Below are positions 1 to 13,079 of a stretch of DNA of 64,000 nucleotides, in pieces. Position 1 is the stretch's first letter. Each line of letters starts with the position of its first letter. The stretch is from the NCBI GenBank assembly GCA_030265395.1, contig JARFYF010000001.1, forward strand, positions 45,285,506 through 45,349,505, written 5' to 3'. The notes under the pieces were generated by a model. That model was given only the letters and a program-made list of their open reading frames with translations. It made no database searches and had not been told where the DNA came from. The position numbers and the translations under genes are program-made. Source of the DNA: Rhina ancylostomus. Its lineage: Eukaryota.

Positions 1-115
1 GAATGAGAGGAAGATGGAGGGATCTGGGCATTCTGTAGGAAGGAGGGATTCACTATGTTGGCACAATATTGTGGGCTGAAGGGCCTGTTCTGTGCTGTAT
101 TGTTCTATGTTCTAT
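1..115 (+). mobile_element. CR1-type LINE 3' end remnant
   Basis: GGGCTGAAGGGCCTGTTCTGTGCTGTATTGTTCTATGTTCTA tail resembles recalled elasmobranch CR1/HER1 3' ends and the copy at 13890-14055. Confidence 0.6.
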
Positions 116-1129
116 TACATGGAGACAAATAAGAAAGTTGGATGGCCATTGTAGAAGGAATAGAGTCAAAAGGAGGAGAGGAAAATTTAATGAACAAGCT
201 AAGAAGCCACGAAGGGAGATAACAGAGACACTAAGGGAAAAATGAGAATCTGCAGATGGAATGTTATGGGATGGTTAGTGGATGGAGAAGGACACAGGGT
301 GGAGGGTCAGGGGGAGATTTTAGCTGGTTAGTTTACCTGCAAGCTTAAAATGTGATCAAATGTACATTTTCCTGCCACCAAAAAATGTTTCGCATCACAT
401 TATGTTCCAAAAAACAGCAATAGTGAAAATGAATTATCCATCTGACTGACACATCAACTGGATGTCTACATGTTGCACAGAAAGAGGTGCACTACAACTC
501 AGAAAAGAATGTGCGAAGGTCACATACTGCAGTGGTCAGTGTTGCAGAAGCCAAGGAAAACATCAATCACCAAAACTGTAACAAGATTTTTTCAATTGTT
601 TTGTGCAATTAAATTTAAATGCTAGAAATGTATGTCCACTTTTACTGGCACCAAGATATAAACAGGGGTACAGAAGGACAAAAATGTCTAGGTCAATTTT
701 AACTAGAAGTACTGAAGTAAATTATGGACCTAGATTTTGGAAAGGGCAAAGGTGGCTTTGAACAGAAGAGATTTCCTAAAATGGAACCAAGGATAATGAC
801 TACATTTGTTTTTTTTTGAGGATAAAATGGAAGACCCTAGGTCATTTAGGCTAATGTCCTAATTGAAAGGCCAAACAAAAGTTAGATAAGTATTAGAATC
901 ATACTTATATGGATTACACAAGGCAAAATGCTTTCCAATACATGATGGGATGGGAAAAAAAACTCAAAGACTACACATTAAAGGATATTCATAAAAGAAG
1001 CTTAGATGATGTGAAAAAGCTTTATATAAATGAGTGGCTGCACTTTAAAATGTATATTTAATAGGGCAGCAAATTGTTTCAATGGTAACCATGAAAGAGG
1101 ATCTAGATAAGTTGAAAGCAAAATGAGTG

Positions 1130-1740
1130 GAAACACCAGGAATAGTTGCAAAAAGACAAGGAGTAGCAGATGCTGGAAAAATGAAAACAAAACGCTAGAA
1201 CTGCCCAGAAGTGTCTAGTAGAATCAGTGGTGGTGGGGAAGAGAAACTCAGTTATTATTACAAATGGATGACCTTTTAAAATCACAACAAGGCAGTTCTG
1301 ATGGCTATATTGTGCCTAGTCAGATGAAATGTTGTTCCTCAAGCTAACATTAAGCTTCACTGGAATATATAAAGATGGCCTAAAAGGCAGAAATTAGTGG
1401 GTCTCACACAGAGACAGAATTAAAGTGACATAGAATTGGATGCTCAGTGTCATCTTTGTAAAAAGAGTGGGGGTGTCCAGCAGATCAGTCATCCAATCTA
1501 CACTCGGTTTCTCTGATGCAGAGGAGACCACATTCCAGGCAACAAATGTAGTATGCTAAATTGTAAGTGCATGCAAATTGCTGCTTCACCTGCAAGGAGA
1601 ATTTGGAACCCTCTATAAGCAGGAAGAGAAAAGATAAATATGCAGGTATTGCACCTCCTGCTATTGTACTGGAAGGTATTGCAAAAAGAAAGTTGAATGT
1701 TGGTGAAGACAGAAGAGTGACCAAGGATTTCTGTGCTGCA
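1130..1740 (-). mobile_element. Penelope-like retroelement fossil (GIY-YIG endonuclease region)
   Basis: Minus-strand translation GSKFSLQVKQQFACTYNLAYYICCLECGLLCIRETECRLDD* resembles the Penelope endonuclease motif (F.C.S.N.VY.I.C..CGL.YIGET.R.L..R). It has an in-frame stop. Boundaries are approximate. Confidence 0.7.
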
Positions 1741-2049
1741 TTAGTCTGTAATTAACTGACAATATTTCTATCACAGTACAAATCAATTAACTTAAAAGCT
1801 TGAAAGTTCTAAAGTTAAAACTTTTTTTAAAGAAATGATTTTCTAGATCTAAATCAGATCTGCTGTTCTTTTAAGGAATATGATGAAAGGCAACATCTGT
1901 GGCCCACAGCTAACTGCTCTGGACCTTTCAGCAAGCTGCCTTCTTGAACTGCATAAAAGTCTTCTAGTGAAGGCAATCTTGGAGAATTTTTGAGTAGGAA
2001 ATTTCAGGAGTAGTCAGGAGGGTTCTTTACCTGTGACACAAGAAATTCT

Positions 2050-2368
2050 GCAGATGCTAAAATCTGGAGCAAGACACAAAATGTGCTGGAGAAACTCAGC
2101 AGGTCAGCAGCATCTATGGAGGGAAATAAACAGTCGACATTGTGGGCAGAAACCCTTCAACAGGACTGGAAAGAAAGAGGGCATAACACCCATCTACCTT
2201 CCTAGACTCACCTATCACCTGCCTGCATGTGCTCCTCCCCCCACCTTCTTATTTTGGCTTCAGCCCTCTTCCTTTCTGGTCCTGATGAAGGGTCTCGGTC
2301 CAAAATGTCAACCATTTATTTCCCTCCATGGATGCTGCCTAACCTGCTGAGTTCCTCCAGCACTTTGT
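2050..2368. mobile_element. Inverted pair of Penelope-type terminal repeats
   Basis: Arms at ~2076-2182 and ~2263-2368 are reverse complements of each other with an ~80-nt spacer. Each arm carries a decayed hammerhead motif. Confidence 0.75.
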
Positions 2369-3599
2369 ATCTTTACCAGCGATCAGCCTGATGCAATGAA
2401 GCTTCACAACAATGTTGAAAGGCCCCATTGCTAGTTCTTCCTATCTGTATCTTACTGGGATGCCTCTAGGTCTGTATTGTACAAAAGACTATGATGGATT
2501 ATTTGCTAAAAAATAATTTTGTGAAGTACAACTGTGCCAAGCTGTTGTTTGAATGGTTTCTGGGACAAGTCTTCCAATTTAAATATTAGTCACTAGATGC
2601 TTTACAAAATTGGGAATAATACTGCCTTTTCCAAATCCAGTGCAGACACTGATGCTTTTCAATTGTATTCCAATTCTGTTTTAATGTAATGTACAATTTA
2701 GTAGATTGCTAGGCTATTTCAGAGTGCTGTTATCACTCAACTGCGATGCTACTATATTGTAATTGCTTCAAATACATCAAGTCAATATGCAGAGATAAGA
2801 CTCCAGATCTGCAAAAAGGGTTGCAGCTGCAAACAAACCATCATGAAGTTTCATCCATTAACCTTCAACTAGGCTACTCTTTAAAACAAAGCAAGATCAT
2901 ATTGAATCACTGCTGCAACTTCTAGAGGAAATAAACCCTGCAAAAAAAAAACTCATCTTTAATGGAGCTTCTTGGTATGTACAACACAATAGGCTCCTCC
3001 CTCCAGTAGAGAAGTTTCATTTTGATCTCTGCTACAGATAGCTTGCCAAACTTACCATAGATCTGACATAAAAATCAATTTCTTCAGGCAATCACTTTTA
3101 CAAAACCTCAGTCTCTTTATACCCGTGACCCATTTTAACTTCATGGGACTTTTTTTTCTTAAAAGGCTGAATTTCAGGTCATCTCTTTCTTCCTAAAGTA
3201 AAATTAGTGCCTTTCTTTCTTAAAAGCAAGCTTAATGTTAAAATTACTACTTAAAGGAGCAAATCTCAATCCATTTTTAATGTTTGGGAACCACAGGTTC
3301 CAAGAACAAGTCTACAATTGATACAGAGACATGAAGCACTAAAGCATTAAAAAAATCAGATTCCTCAAAATGCAAATCTGTAAATAGAATTCTCAGAAGT
3401 ATTCTGTATGCCTGGCAGCAATAACAATTTTAACCTTTCAGATTTTGTTACAAGGTCTTTGTCAGGAAACTCGATTCAAGGATTACCTCAACAGCAAGTT
3501 TACTTATAGGTTCAGAGATGACTGATGTTAGAGTAACAAATTGATCAAGGTACTGACATTTCCTCACAGGTCAGCACGTCAATGGCATGGAGTTCTTTC

Positions 3600-4830
3600 T
3601 TGTCCTGTCTTCTCTCTCACTTTTCAGCTTCAAAGACACCATTCTTCCTGAAGTGTCCCTCTGCACGATGGCACCATTAAGACCAAATGACTTGGGTTTT
3701 GATGCCTGCACTGTTTTCATGTGATGCACTTACAGTGCATCCTTTTAGCATTTCTACTTACCACCATTGGGATCACCAACACTGAACAGGGAGTGGAGAG
3801 CATTTTTGGGGAAATGAAAAGCTGGCATTCACAAACAATGCCCAGTTCAGTGAAGTTAATATGCAAGGATCATAGTTGGTAACACTGGTTTCAGTGAGAA
3901 TGCTGCCATTAGTGTGGCAATTTTCCCATTTGATGCATGGGATATTCTGGAAGTATCATCAAGGGTCTGGTGAGGCATCACCAAATTACTGTCAGAAGAT
4001 CAATCAGGTTTCACATTCACAGATTGTAGGTTTCATGTCAACAATGTAAACCTGGATCTTGATTTCCTTCTGCAGGTCAAAGTCAAAATGCAGAGTACTT
4101 ATCCAGAGGAACCATTTGTGCATTGAAACCCATGCTGAATTTTGTGTTAGCACTTTTAAGATGACTATCAAAGTGCTAATTTTCTCCAAGATAAATGCCT
4201 CAATGATGATTTACTACAGGTCACATGCAAGGCCCGAGGCAGGCCAACAGAACACTTCGGTCTTCACACCATTAAGCGAGAATCCCAAGCTAAGGCATGT
4301 TTGTGCAAAAAAGATCCAGTGTAAACAGAAGGTCATATTCAGTATATGGAAAGATGGTAAAGTTGTCAACCTTTTGAAGATCGGTGATGTTTGCTCTGGA
4401 AATTCAGGTTTTTATTTGGAGACAAATGGCTGAAAAGTCTCAATCCATCCTCCATTCAAGTAGGGACACAGTCTTTAACAATGGCAAGAATGAGCACTAG
4501 GAAGATGGAGAACAGGGTTGGGAAATTAACACCACCCTTTTTCTTTTGAACCACAATTTGAATAGAGAATGGTGGCAGTCATCCATCATGAAGAAACCTT
4601 AAGATCTTAATAAAATTTGGGGGGCACTGGTATTTGGCCAGCACCTTCCACAGGGCCTCACAATACACAGAATGAAAAGGTCTTCAAATCAATGAAAATC
4701 ATGTACAGGCACTGATTTCTCCCAACCTCCTCCTGACATTTTCCTGGATTTAACGGGAAATGGAGATCATGTCAGTTGTTTTGCACAATGGTCTGAAACA
4801 GCATTGAAGTTCCAGAAGGACTCACTAGAT
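3600..4830 (-). mobile_element. RTE-clade LINE reverse transcriptase fossil
   Basis: Collinear degenerate RT motifs on the minus strand: LYMIFIDL, EALWKVLAKYQCPPNFIKILRFLHDG, PTLFSIFL, LGFSLNGVKTEV, KIQVY...CET*, IKWENCHTN. Stops and frameshifts are present. Confidence 0.75.
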
Positions 4831-5209
4831 TAACTTGAAAGCTAATTTCTCCAAACAATCTAAAGATTACTTTCCCATGTGAAGAGGAACTAATAATTAC
4901 TTTAGGTGGTTATGGGCAAGAATTTTTCCTGCTGTGAAGAGCAAGGCAATACCTTGATAATTTCAGCACTCTTGACTAACTTACTTTCTTAACAATTGTA
5001 ATAATGTTGGCTTTAATAAAAGGCAAAAAAAATTTAAACACTAACAAACAATTTAACATTGACTACAGGTCCATTACATTTGCAACCTTGCCGCAGCTTT
5101 CATTTTCCAAAACCATTAGATATTTAGACTGAAAATCACATTCCCCAGAGTTTGCTTTAAAACTTGTAGATCTTATACAATTTAAACCATAATATAATTG
5201 CTCACTTAC

Positions 5210-5236
5210 CCTCCAACAAGAAAGCATTACTCCCAT
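5210..5236 (-). CDS. lnpk: Lunapark (ER junction protein) first coding segment, in exon 5210-5308; the rest of the gene lies left of the window
   Basis: Acceptor TTTTACAG precedes 5308. ATG at 5236 encodes MGVMLSCWR, followed by a phase-0 GTAAGT donor. Human LNPK starts MGGLFSRWR. Position and orientation fit the Lnpk-Evx2-HoxD synteny. Confidence 0.8.
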
Positions 5237-6029
5237 TTTGGTTTACTCAAGTTGACTGTGATTTGGATAATCTGATCAATTTATCAGGATACACAAGTAA
5301 CTCTAAACCTGTAAAATTAGCAAATTCATCTATCAAAATAAAATCCAATGCAATGCATACCTATAAAGTCCACTTAACATTATAGTTTTAGCCACCACAT
5401 TCTGAAAGTTTATTTTAAAAAGCTCTGAAGTGCTGGAAATTAAACCTCAGTTAATACAATGCTGTCAAATATAAATAAGTACATTATATTAGCAAAATGT
5501 AATCAATAGACTTAAAGGTTACCCCACTTTTTCAGACCACAAAGAACATTAATTTATATAGTTCTTTTTGTGAACTCAAAGTAGCTCAGATTAATTCAAG
5601 CCAATTAAGAGCTTTTGGAGTGTTCTCCTAGTTGAGCAACACTACATGCAGATTAAAAAGAATCACCCAGGTCAGATAACCATCAGTGAGATAAGTGGTA
5701 TTGTTGTAGTCGTGCTGATTGAGGGATTTAAATCTGGCATGAACGTTAGAAAAACTCGCCTCTCAAAAAGGTGTCATGCAATAGTTTAGAATCGCCAGAA
5801 GGTTTAATGTCTTTATAATTTACTTGCCGTTAATCTGAAATAAAGTGAAATTGAAATTAACAAAAATTCCTAACGGTGCAGTGCATTCACGAAAACTGCT
5901 TGCATCTATCTACAAGCACAAAACGGGCCTCAATCATCTTTGCCAGCCACAGATCAAAAGCAATAGATTTTAATGGAAAGCATCTACAGGCCTAGAGGCT
6001 CCTGCACTTTGCACCAATATCCAAGCCGG

Positions 6030-6480
6030 TACAAACCAGCGCAACGTTCGCATTACCAGCACCCTCTCTCCTGCAACGCCTGTAGCAGCGCCAGGCCCTG
6101 CCCGAAAAGGAGAATCTCTCCGTTCAGGCCTACCTTCCTGCAGACGCGTCGCCCAGAAAGCCCCAGGCCGCATGAGACGCGCCCCGATCCTCCGATAACA
6201 ACTACCATTCATTCGGCCGAGCCTAAGGAATCGGGCCAAAAGAACCCGTCCGCTGCTGTAACGCACTCACCTGAAACTGCAAGCAGCTTCCTCCACCACC
6301 AACAGCAGCGCTGCCAACCGCACAGCGCGCAACCAGCCAGAGCGCCCTGACCTTTCACCCGCACGCTACTGCCACGTGACGCAAGTGGGTTTGGACTAAG
6401 TGAAAGACACAAAGCGCAGGAGTGAGGGTAAGGCACACAGGAAAGAAGACAAATTCACTGCTAAATACAGATAGCCAATG
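6030..6480 (-). promoter_or_regulatory. CpG island / lnpk promoter
   Basis: Sharp local GC and CpG enrichment. Overlapping E-box/CRE-like CCACGTGACGCAA at ~6372-6384 and a CCAAT box at ~6475. Confidence 0.65.
6271..6345 (-). other. lnpk: Putative non-coding first exon of lnpk
   Basis: Strong CAG|GTGAGT donor at 6271 inside a CpG island, ~1 kb upstream of the ATG exon. The 5' end is approximate. Confidence 0.6.
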
Positions 6481-7081
6481 TCTGATGCCAGCTGTAAAAG
6501 CATTGTAGTTCTAAAATCAACTATGTATGTTGGTTCTTAATTGCAAAGTAAATAACTGCGTTTTCAGCCTACAATGGTCAATTGAATATTGTTTTGAAAT
6601 AACAATTTCGCCATTGTTACTTCATTGACTGAGTTGTTGGAAAGTCAACGATAAATAATTGAAAGTTATTTTAATTCAGTGTGGTAGCTTGGTTATCATT
6701 GTCGAATTTGTTCAAATTGTTATTTAAGCTATATTGAAGTATTTGGTTGAAAGTCCTTTTTAGCGACAATAGAACATTTTCAATGGAATAGTCGATTTTA
6801 AGTTCTTTTTAGTACCAAATGAAACGTTGGCCCAGCTCTAATGTCACAGCCCATGTAAAGTTCATACATCATTGGTTCCTAATAACTTTTCTATTTCAAT
6901 TGATATGAAAATACACGCTTGGATGTTATTCCGGCTATAGCATCGTCATGAATGTTGGCTTTTGCTAGTTAATTTTCCCACAGATGTACTTCTATTCACT
7001 TAACGCCTGTACTTAATATTTTATTTGAGATGAGGCAGATGTATTTAAACATTTACCTTCAGATTAATTGCAACTAGGATT

Positions 7082-7094
7082 CCACTAGAAGGCA
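7082..7094 (+). promoter_or_regulatory. Candidate CTCF site
   Basis: CCACTAGAAGGCA matches CCASYAGRKGGCR at 12 of 13 positions. Confidence 0.35.
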
Positions 7095-8754
7095 TAGGTA
7101 GCAATGGATCCTTCATGGGTTGGCAAAATTTAGCAATGTTTGAGAAGAAAGTTTTCTTTTAAACTTTGAATTTGTCAATAAACGCTCATTTCCACAAGCT
7201 ATTTTAATTTATTATCCTCTGTCTACAATGAGGTAACTTACATTAAATCAAAACATTTATGTACAAACCGTTGATATATTTACTTGTACAAGAAAATAAC
7301 TTAGAAACTTTTTGACCTAAATGTAAAATGTTTTAAATAACCTTGAAATACACAAAGTTCCCATATTTTCCCATATATTTCCTTGTTAGGTGAAAAGTAC
7401 ATTGTGGAGCATAAATACCAGTTATGATTATTAGGTTGAGGCAGAAATTCAGGGAACGCCTAAATAAGAAAGAAAACCGGTTGATCTGCATTACTTATCA
7501 TTGTGAATAAAAGCAACAATTTGTTTTTGACATTTAGGAAATCTAGTTCACCTTAAACAAAACAATCACTTTGTGAATTTCGGGGAATGTTGTTCTTTAA
7601 TCTTTATTATTGGTAGTAAAGGGAAATATTTCATGAAACAAGCTGGCAATGCAATTTAAGAAGTCACAGGAAATATGTCATTCAATGCAATTAAGCTGTT
7701 TGATAACTAATTGAATCGTTTTAACGAAATCTGCTCAAAGAACATAATTCCTTTTGAAACAATACCGCAATTTGCTTGATAAAGGGGTGTGGCATTTGTT
7801 TGCTTCTTTAAATACGGTTGCCATCCAAAGACAAACATACAGAACAAATACAAAAGAGGAAACCATGACTCTCACGTAGGTGTCACTAAATAACAAAAGC
7901 AATGCATAATCATTGTACCCCGCTCCCACTCAGAAAGGCAACCTTTCCTCCATTATTACAGTATCTCAATTCAATCAATACCTTTTACAACTTAATCGAC
8001 TATAATTAAAGTTGAGTACACTCAAAGATAATGTGACTTTTGATGCCCCGTTTTGAAAATCAATAACAAAGTTTAGGAGTAACTTTTGTATACAGATCTT
8101 ATAATTTAAGCGGTTTGACCACCCATGTCGCTACATAAATACCAGTTATGATTATCATATTCTTAAAAAAATGTGAAAGTCTCGCTAAAGAAGGCTGAAG
8201 AAATGTACTTCCCTCATTCACACAGTTTCAGCTTCACAAACTCATTTTATTATGTTACAACAAAAGATATTTGCTATTTGGCCAACAGCTAGATATGGAA
8301 ACCCGTCTGACATTCATTCAGTGGCATGCTGAGCGCTCACCAGTGGCATCTGGTTTGCACAAAAAGCAACCGACGCCTTGACAGGTTTCGTGGACAGTAT
8401 AGACTCCAATTGAAAGTGACGTCTATTTCCCTGCATGATTTTGCCTGAAATGCGGCTTTTTCTTTAAATAAATGATCGGACTTCCTTAAATTATGCAATT
8501 TTATGAAGGTATGTTCTTTCCATGATCTGATTTTTCTTTTAAGCTTTTTGATTGTGGAGAGTGTACGTGACACATCACATGGAGGTGACCGATGTGACGG
8601 TATGGAAGTGGCTTTGTCCTGTGTTCATTTCCGAGAGGGAGTAATGGAACAAAGGGGGAGCTTTGTTCTTCCCCGGCTCAGCTGGTTGTGTTGTGATAGA
8701 ATTGCAAATAGGGAGAGAAGGAATGTTTCCTTCCCCAATGCTGTGCACTGCAAT

Positions 8755-8900
8755 AAAGCACAGAAAATGCCATAAACACTCAGCAGGTCAGGCAGCACCT
8801 GTAGAAAGAGAAACCAAATTAATGTTTCAGGTCAAAAAGCCTTCATCAGATCTGGCCTTCACTTTGTACACCTCGATAACCTGTTCTTTCTCAGCTGCAG
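8755..8900 (-). mobile_element. Penelope-type terminal repeat fragment with hammerhead-like motif
   Basis: Shares CTCAGCAGGTCAGGCAGCA with the copies at ~2095 and ~13110. Minus strand 8814-8855 reads CTGATGA-AGG...CCT-GAAAC. Confidence 0.6.
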
Positions 8901-11214
8901 TTATTCAGTGAAACCACTGGTAGCCCATGCTTTAAATAAGCATTAAACATTTACTGCTGTTTATATTTACTTTTTGTTTGTTTTATTGTGCCATTTATGT
9001 ATAATTTGTTATTTTATGGTCATGTTTGTAATGCACTGTACTGCTGCATAAAGCTAATTTTCATGGTGTTTGTACCCTGTGTATGTATGTCCATGACAAT
9101 AAACTTGATGTCTTCTAGACTATACAAGACTGGACGTATGGCCTAGAAAAACAAGGGACTGGACAATCTGAACAACACCATTGGATTGGGCAGCTGTACA
9201 CTAATATTTTCAATGTTCCTACCACTGAATAATATGCCACTTTCCCATGGTATGCAGATACTTCACTGCTACGTTGGGACCGTGCTAAAATCTAAGCAGA
9301 CTACATCCCTTTCATAATTCAGGAATGCAACATTAATGTGTAGTGTCAGTGACTGGATTGAGATCCAGAAATGAATTGTAATCTATTTTCTAGATAAATT
9401 TGCAGAACTCTGGTTCACATTTTATCTTTTCTGAATTAAAACTAGACAGCTTGTGCAATTTCCAGGAGACTAGTTTCCCCTTTTGATATTATTGCGAACC
9501 TCTCCCACTCTAAATTGTGGTTTTCGCCAATCATTATCTCTGTTTGTATTGGTGTGTAGTGGTAAATGTCGCAATAGATTAGGTTTGATTAATTACTTGA
9601 CTCCAAATACATTCACAGTTGCTTTCTATTTACTCTACCAGGCAATACTGTCTGGTTAGAGAAACAAAGGACCGCAGATGCTGGAGTCTAGATGAATCTG
9701 CCTGGTTCCTCTTCTCTGCTTATCTGTTACAGTCAATTCCAGGATAAGGTTACTGATTTAAATTTAAAGTGAGGTCTCAATTTCACTTGTAAGAAACACT
9801 GATCATTTGTGTAAATGATCTCCATGGCGCTCTTGTTTTACTGTGTAATTTGCATCAATGTCCTTTTGATGCTTTCAAAGGAACATCTTAAAAACCTATT
9901 ATCAATGTGTTATCTGTCAAATTGCCTTAACCTCAACTAATGCTTGTTCAGCAGTAATGCTCATTAAGGAGTCTGCATCAGCTTTATCCTTGTGATGCCA
10001 ATCATGCCCTCACTTGTTATTACAGAGACCAGAAAAACTGCAAATGAGAAGTGCCCGATAATAGCTGTTCTCCTGGCTCTGAGAATATTGCCTCTAAACA
10101 ATGTGACAGCTCAGTCCCACATCTGGGTACTGAGGGCGAGGGTATCTATGTGGCTCCAGAGCCACATTCTGACTGTGATTATAAAGTATTCAACAGGTTC
10201 ACCTTTCTTTATCATTTCAGGCTCAATAACAAACCTTCAGCTGCTCTATGCACAGCTGTACTAGTCCTAGTGCTCTACAAATTAATTATGATATAATTTG
10301 GTTTCTGGTTCTGATTTTGATAAATCCCTTCCTAATTTTAAAACATTATAATTGATAAAAGATCTCCCATGAGTGATGTTCTAAGACTTTGAAGAAGCTG
10401 CTCTGAGAGGAACTTCTGAAAGGATGAAAGATAATTGGATTCTAATAAATCCCTTGCATTCTATTAACTTTTATCCTATGACCTGGACTTTGGGGAATGT
10501 TCATCTAATTCCCTGTGTTGCCTCCATCTACTGCCAAATCTCTGAATGGTTTCCATTGCCAAAATCTCTGAAGGGTTTTGCACAAGTTTATAATGGATGT
10601 GTGTTTGTAAGCTTGGAGCAAAGCTTGGTCTCCCAGCCCTGTCTTTTCATGTCAAAGATGGTGAAGAAGACCAAAATTGCATCTCTTGGAGCAAAGCTGA
10701 AACTTAAGTGGAATTAAAAGCATTGATGTTGTACCCAAGGGTATTTAGTGGCAGATTAACACACCTGACCATAAATGTTGTTGATTGACATAGCAGCGTG
10801 GGGTATGGGTTATTTGACGTAGCAGTTGGGTTGGTATGGTGTGCATTTATTTGTGGTTGCTAATGTCTGGACTTTCCCTAAATGAAACCTGCAGTGTTAA
10901 TTTAAGTATAGATGGTTATTTTTGTTTAAAGTTTTCTCCTCCATTTGTTTAGCAGCCGAATTCTGTCAAGTTACAAGCGAGAGATGTTGTCCATTCTTCA
11001 TCCGAGCTGGCTAGTTTGGTTGAGGAATTGGAGACCATTGAATGGTGCTGTGAAGCCATCAGACAGCTGCTGTGATTTGCTCCTTCCTCTAGATGAGATG
11101 GAATGTTTTATGTTTCTTGGTAAATTGAAATTGGGAGAAACTCTCAGAATCTCGTAAAATATATCTCTGAAAATGTGCCCAATTGTTTTGTGAAAACACT
11201 TTTAGTGGACCTAA

Positions 11215-11385
11215 GATACATGGAGGCACAGAGACTGCAGATGCTGGAATCATCTGGAGCAAAAAGTGAGCTGCTGGAGGAATGGCAGGTCAAGCAGAAT
11301 CTGGAGGCAAAGGAATACCCAACATTTCAGGTTGAAATCCTGCATCAGGATCCAGCATCTGAGATCTCTTGTGTCTCCAGCAAGT
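11215..11385 (-). mobile_element. Penelope-type terminal repeat fragment
   Basis: GACTGCAGATGCTGGAATC...GCTGGAGGAA...CAGGTCAAGCAG, same family as the 2050 and 13080 copies. The hammerhead core is degenerate. Confidence 0.6.
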
Positions 11386-11748
11386 AGAAAAATGGAGTTC
11401 TGAGTTTGGGGGTTTATTTGGTATGTTCTTTTGCAACACTTGAAACTAAGTGTTAAACTGTAAGTTATAGACATAAAAATGCCAATTCTGGCCATATCAA
11501 TCTGGGGAATGGTTTTTGTTCCTTTCGTGAGATGACTACTAACTTGTCCAATCCTTTGCTCTCCCAACTAGTGCCTATTCCAGCAGTACTCCTGAAACAG
11601 TGATCAGAAATGGCCTATGTTATCATATTTGAATTTGGACACTAGCAGCAGCACCCCACTGGTCAGCAGCCACCACCATTGCTTTGAGACTGGGCCCACA
11701 CGTGATCTTTCTGGAATCTAATTTAAAATCAGTCTTGTCTTTTTCCAG

Positions 11749-11830
11749 GTACCGTGGCTTCATTCTGGTGCTGACCTTCCTATTTTACGCCAGTTACCAT
11801 CTGTCTCGCAAACCCATCAGCATAGTCAAG
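11749..11830 (+). CDS. Isolated exon of an SLC37A1/SLC37A2-like sugar-phosphate exchanger (first TM segment)
   Basis: Polypyrimidine tract plus CCAG acceptor, 82 nt, GTATGT donor. Encodes (W)YRGFILVLTFLFYASYHLSRKPISIVK. Recalled human SLC37A2 is WFRGLILLLTFLIYACYHMSRKPISIVK and SLC37A1 is WYRAFIFILTFLLYASFHLSRKPISIVK. Confidence 0.85.
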
Positions 11831-12049
11831 GTATGTGACTGATCAGATGAGGGCAGTGGACTGTGTCAAATTGAAAGAAATGTGGAGAAACATTTTGCCC
11901 ACCAACAGAAGCATCAGTCATTGAATAAAGCCACATCCAGTCCAGATAACGTGAAGCCTGTACATCTAGAACTGAGTCACAGTTTCCAGATGCAGGACCG
12001 TTTAGTGGTAATAGTTGCGCAGAGGGATAGTGGTTGAATATAGCGGCTG

Positions 12050-12355
12050 AAGATCTGGATTATTGATCTGAAGATGAGAGTTTGAACGAGCCACACACCT
12101 GGGGAATATAAAATAATTATTCTCCAAAATCAGCAAAAGGTGACCATGGAACTAGTGCGTTGTCTTATGCTACCGATCCCCTTCAGACCTGTCATCCTTA
12201 CTCAGTCTGGTCTATACGTGACTCCAGACCTTAACCAATGTGGTTGACTTTCAACTGCTCTCTGAAGCAGCTGAGTAAACCACTACATTCGGGAGCAATC
12301 AGGAATGGACAATATATGAAGGTCCAACTCGCGATGAACACATTGACTAAATGTG
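12050..12355 (+). mobile_element. Old elasmobranch SINE/LINE-tail repeat
   Basis: GTCTGGTCTATACGTGACTCCAGACC...AATGTGGTTGACT resembles a common shark/ray interspersed repeat as I recall it. Confidence 0.5.
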
Positions 12356-13079
12356 TATAATAAAATGGATTCCAACCTTTGGAATTCTTGGAGGGCGGTG
12401 GTTGCTCAAGGCAGGAATCAGATTCTTGGATTCTAGAAAATTGAAGAAGATGAGGAATTATCTGGGGAAAATAAACAAGTTTGACGATGAACCATGATCT
12501 TCTTGAGTGAGAGAGCAGGCCTGAGGTGTAAGAACCTGTTTCTGCAGATTCTTATGTGAATGTTCTGATGTTCTCCAGTACTGTCTGACCCCAGTTCTAC
12601 TTCCATTATTCAAGTGCTTAATTCCCTTTTTTTTAAATGAGTTAATCACTATGAGCAGCTTGTTCAGAGTGTCTTTGTGTGTTTCTTGGTTACGGCACGT
12701 GAAGTGTGGCTATCCTGTAGATTCAGGGATCACCGCAGGTGGGCCTTGCAGCAACTGGAGCCACCCTTCAGTGGAAGGGCCTGTCATAACAGGCAAGTCC
12801 CATCATGAGTGCTGAATACAGGGCTGAGGGACTGCATGCCTCTCCACTTAAATGGGTTGTTACGGCTGGACTAAGTGGAGCTTAAGATCTGGCTCACTGC
12901 TCTCAGGATGTGACCTCTGTACCTGCACCTACTTTCTGGGCTGCAAAGCCATGACTGTAAAAATCTGGTGACGACGGCACATTCTTGATTTGGCATTAGT
13001 AATGGGGTCATGAGTTCATGACCCATTGCAGATACCACTTTCAGGGGTGTCATTTTTGGAATGAGACACCAGGCTGTCT

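Noticed and set aside
4059-4433. 124-aa plus-strand ORF with a DGKVVNL motif
   Set aside because: It is antisense to the RTE fossil, whose motifs are collinear on the minus strand.
5970-6436. Overlapping 75-125 aa ORFs on both strands
   Set aside because: Explained by the stop-poor CpG island at the lnpk promoter; no recognisable protein.
8644-8684. Possible first coding exon for the SLC37A exon (MEQRGSFVLPRLS-W, phase compatible)
   Set aside because: Weak GTTGTG donor and no similarity to the SLC37A1/2 N-terminus.
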